A DNA stretch of 64,000 nucleotides from Octopus sinensis (lineage: Eukaryota). A program made the translations under genes and the position numbers. The notes beneath the pieces are model-generated. The model saw nothing but the letters and a program-made list of their open reading frames with translations. It did not search any database and had not been told where the DNA came from. The stretch lies in NCBI RefSeq assembly GCF_006345805.1, contig NC_043004.1:6386001-6450000 (forward strand), read 5' to 3'. Positions 63,281 through 64,000 of the stretch are shown piece by piece; positions within the stretch are counted from its first letter, which is position 1; each line of letters starts with the position of its first letter.

Positions 63281-64000
63281 ATGAGGGCCTCTCACTCAGA
63301 GTAAAAGGTAGACTGTATGATGCATGTGTACGAACAGCCATGCTACATGGCAGTGAAACATGGGCTGTGACTGCTGAGGACATGCGTAAGCTCACAAGGA
63401 ACGAAGCCAGTATGCTCCAATGGATGTGTAATGTCAGAGTGCATACTCGACAGAGTGTAAGTACCCGAGAGAAAAGTTGGACCTAAGAAGCATCAGATGT
63501 GGCATGCAAGAGAGATGACTGCACAGGTATGGTCATGTATTGTGAATGAATGAGGATAGCTGTGTGAAAAAGTGTCACATTCTAGCAGTTGAGGGAACCT
63601 TTGGAAGAGGTAGACCTAGGAAGACCTGGGATGAGGTGGTGAAGCATGATCTTTGAACATTAGGCCTCACCGAGGCAATGACTAGTGACTAAGACCTTTG
63701 GAAATATGCTATACTTGAGAAGACCTGGCAAGCCAAGTGAACTCATAACCTCATGGCCTATGCCAGGGGTGTAACCAGCCCACTTATGCATACCTTTCCT
63801 TCATTGGACACTAAATTCTGCTTGCGAAGACCTGTTGAGGCAAGTGAAATCGAAATCAAATCCGATGACTGGCATCCATGCTAGTGGAGCGCTAAGAGCA
63901 CCATACGAGTGTGATCATTACCAGTGTTACCTTATTGGCACGTGAAAAACATTCGAGTGAGGTCGTTGCCAGTGTCGCTGGACTGGCTCCTGTGCAGGTG
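63281..64000 (+). mobile_element. RTE LINE 3' fragment running off the window
   Basis: GLSLRVKGRLYDACVRTAMLHGSETW...GRGRPRKTWDEVVKHDL plus 3' UTR. Confidence 0.93.

Overview
AT-rich eukaryotic DNA made up almost entirely of transposon relics and simple repeats. The repeat families look like those I recall from octopod cephalopods (Octopus); this is an inference, not a database result. I can support no intact host gene, rRNA, true tRNA or CRISPR array. Recognisable content: four tRNA-headed SINE families (labelled A-D here), at least four RTE-clade LINE lineages, two CR1/L2-type LINE families, four R4/Dong-like restriction-endonuclease (RLE) LINE fragments, two maT-type and two mariner transposase relics, hAT and piggyBac MITEs, Helitrons (one with a PIF1 helicase fragment), a Helentron-like element, a probable solo LTR and Penelope-like (PLE) 3' ends. 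Best finds: (1) a hammerhead ribozyme with a fully canonical core at 26304-26389 (-); (2) five (TA)n-flanked asymmetric fold-back elements sharing one architecture, one enclosing a variant hammerhead-like motif; (3) a 1.83-kb Helitron whose empty insertion site survives in an inverted duplicate 12 kb away; (4) a SINE and a LINE sharing a 3' tail. Boundaries of decayed elements are hand estimates, usually within 10-30 bp.
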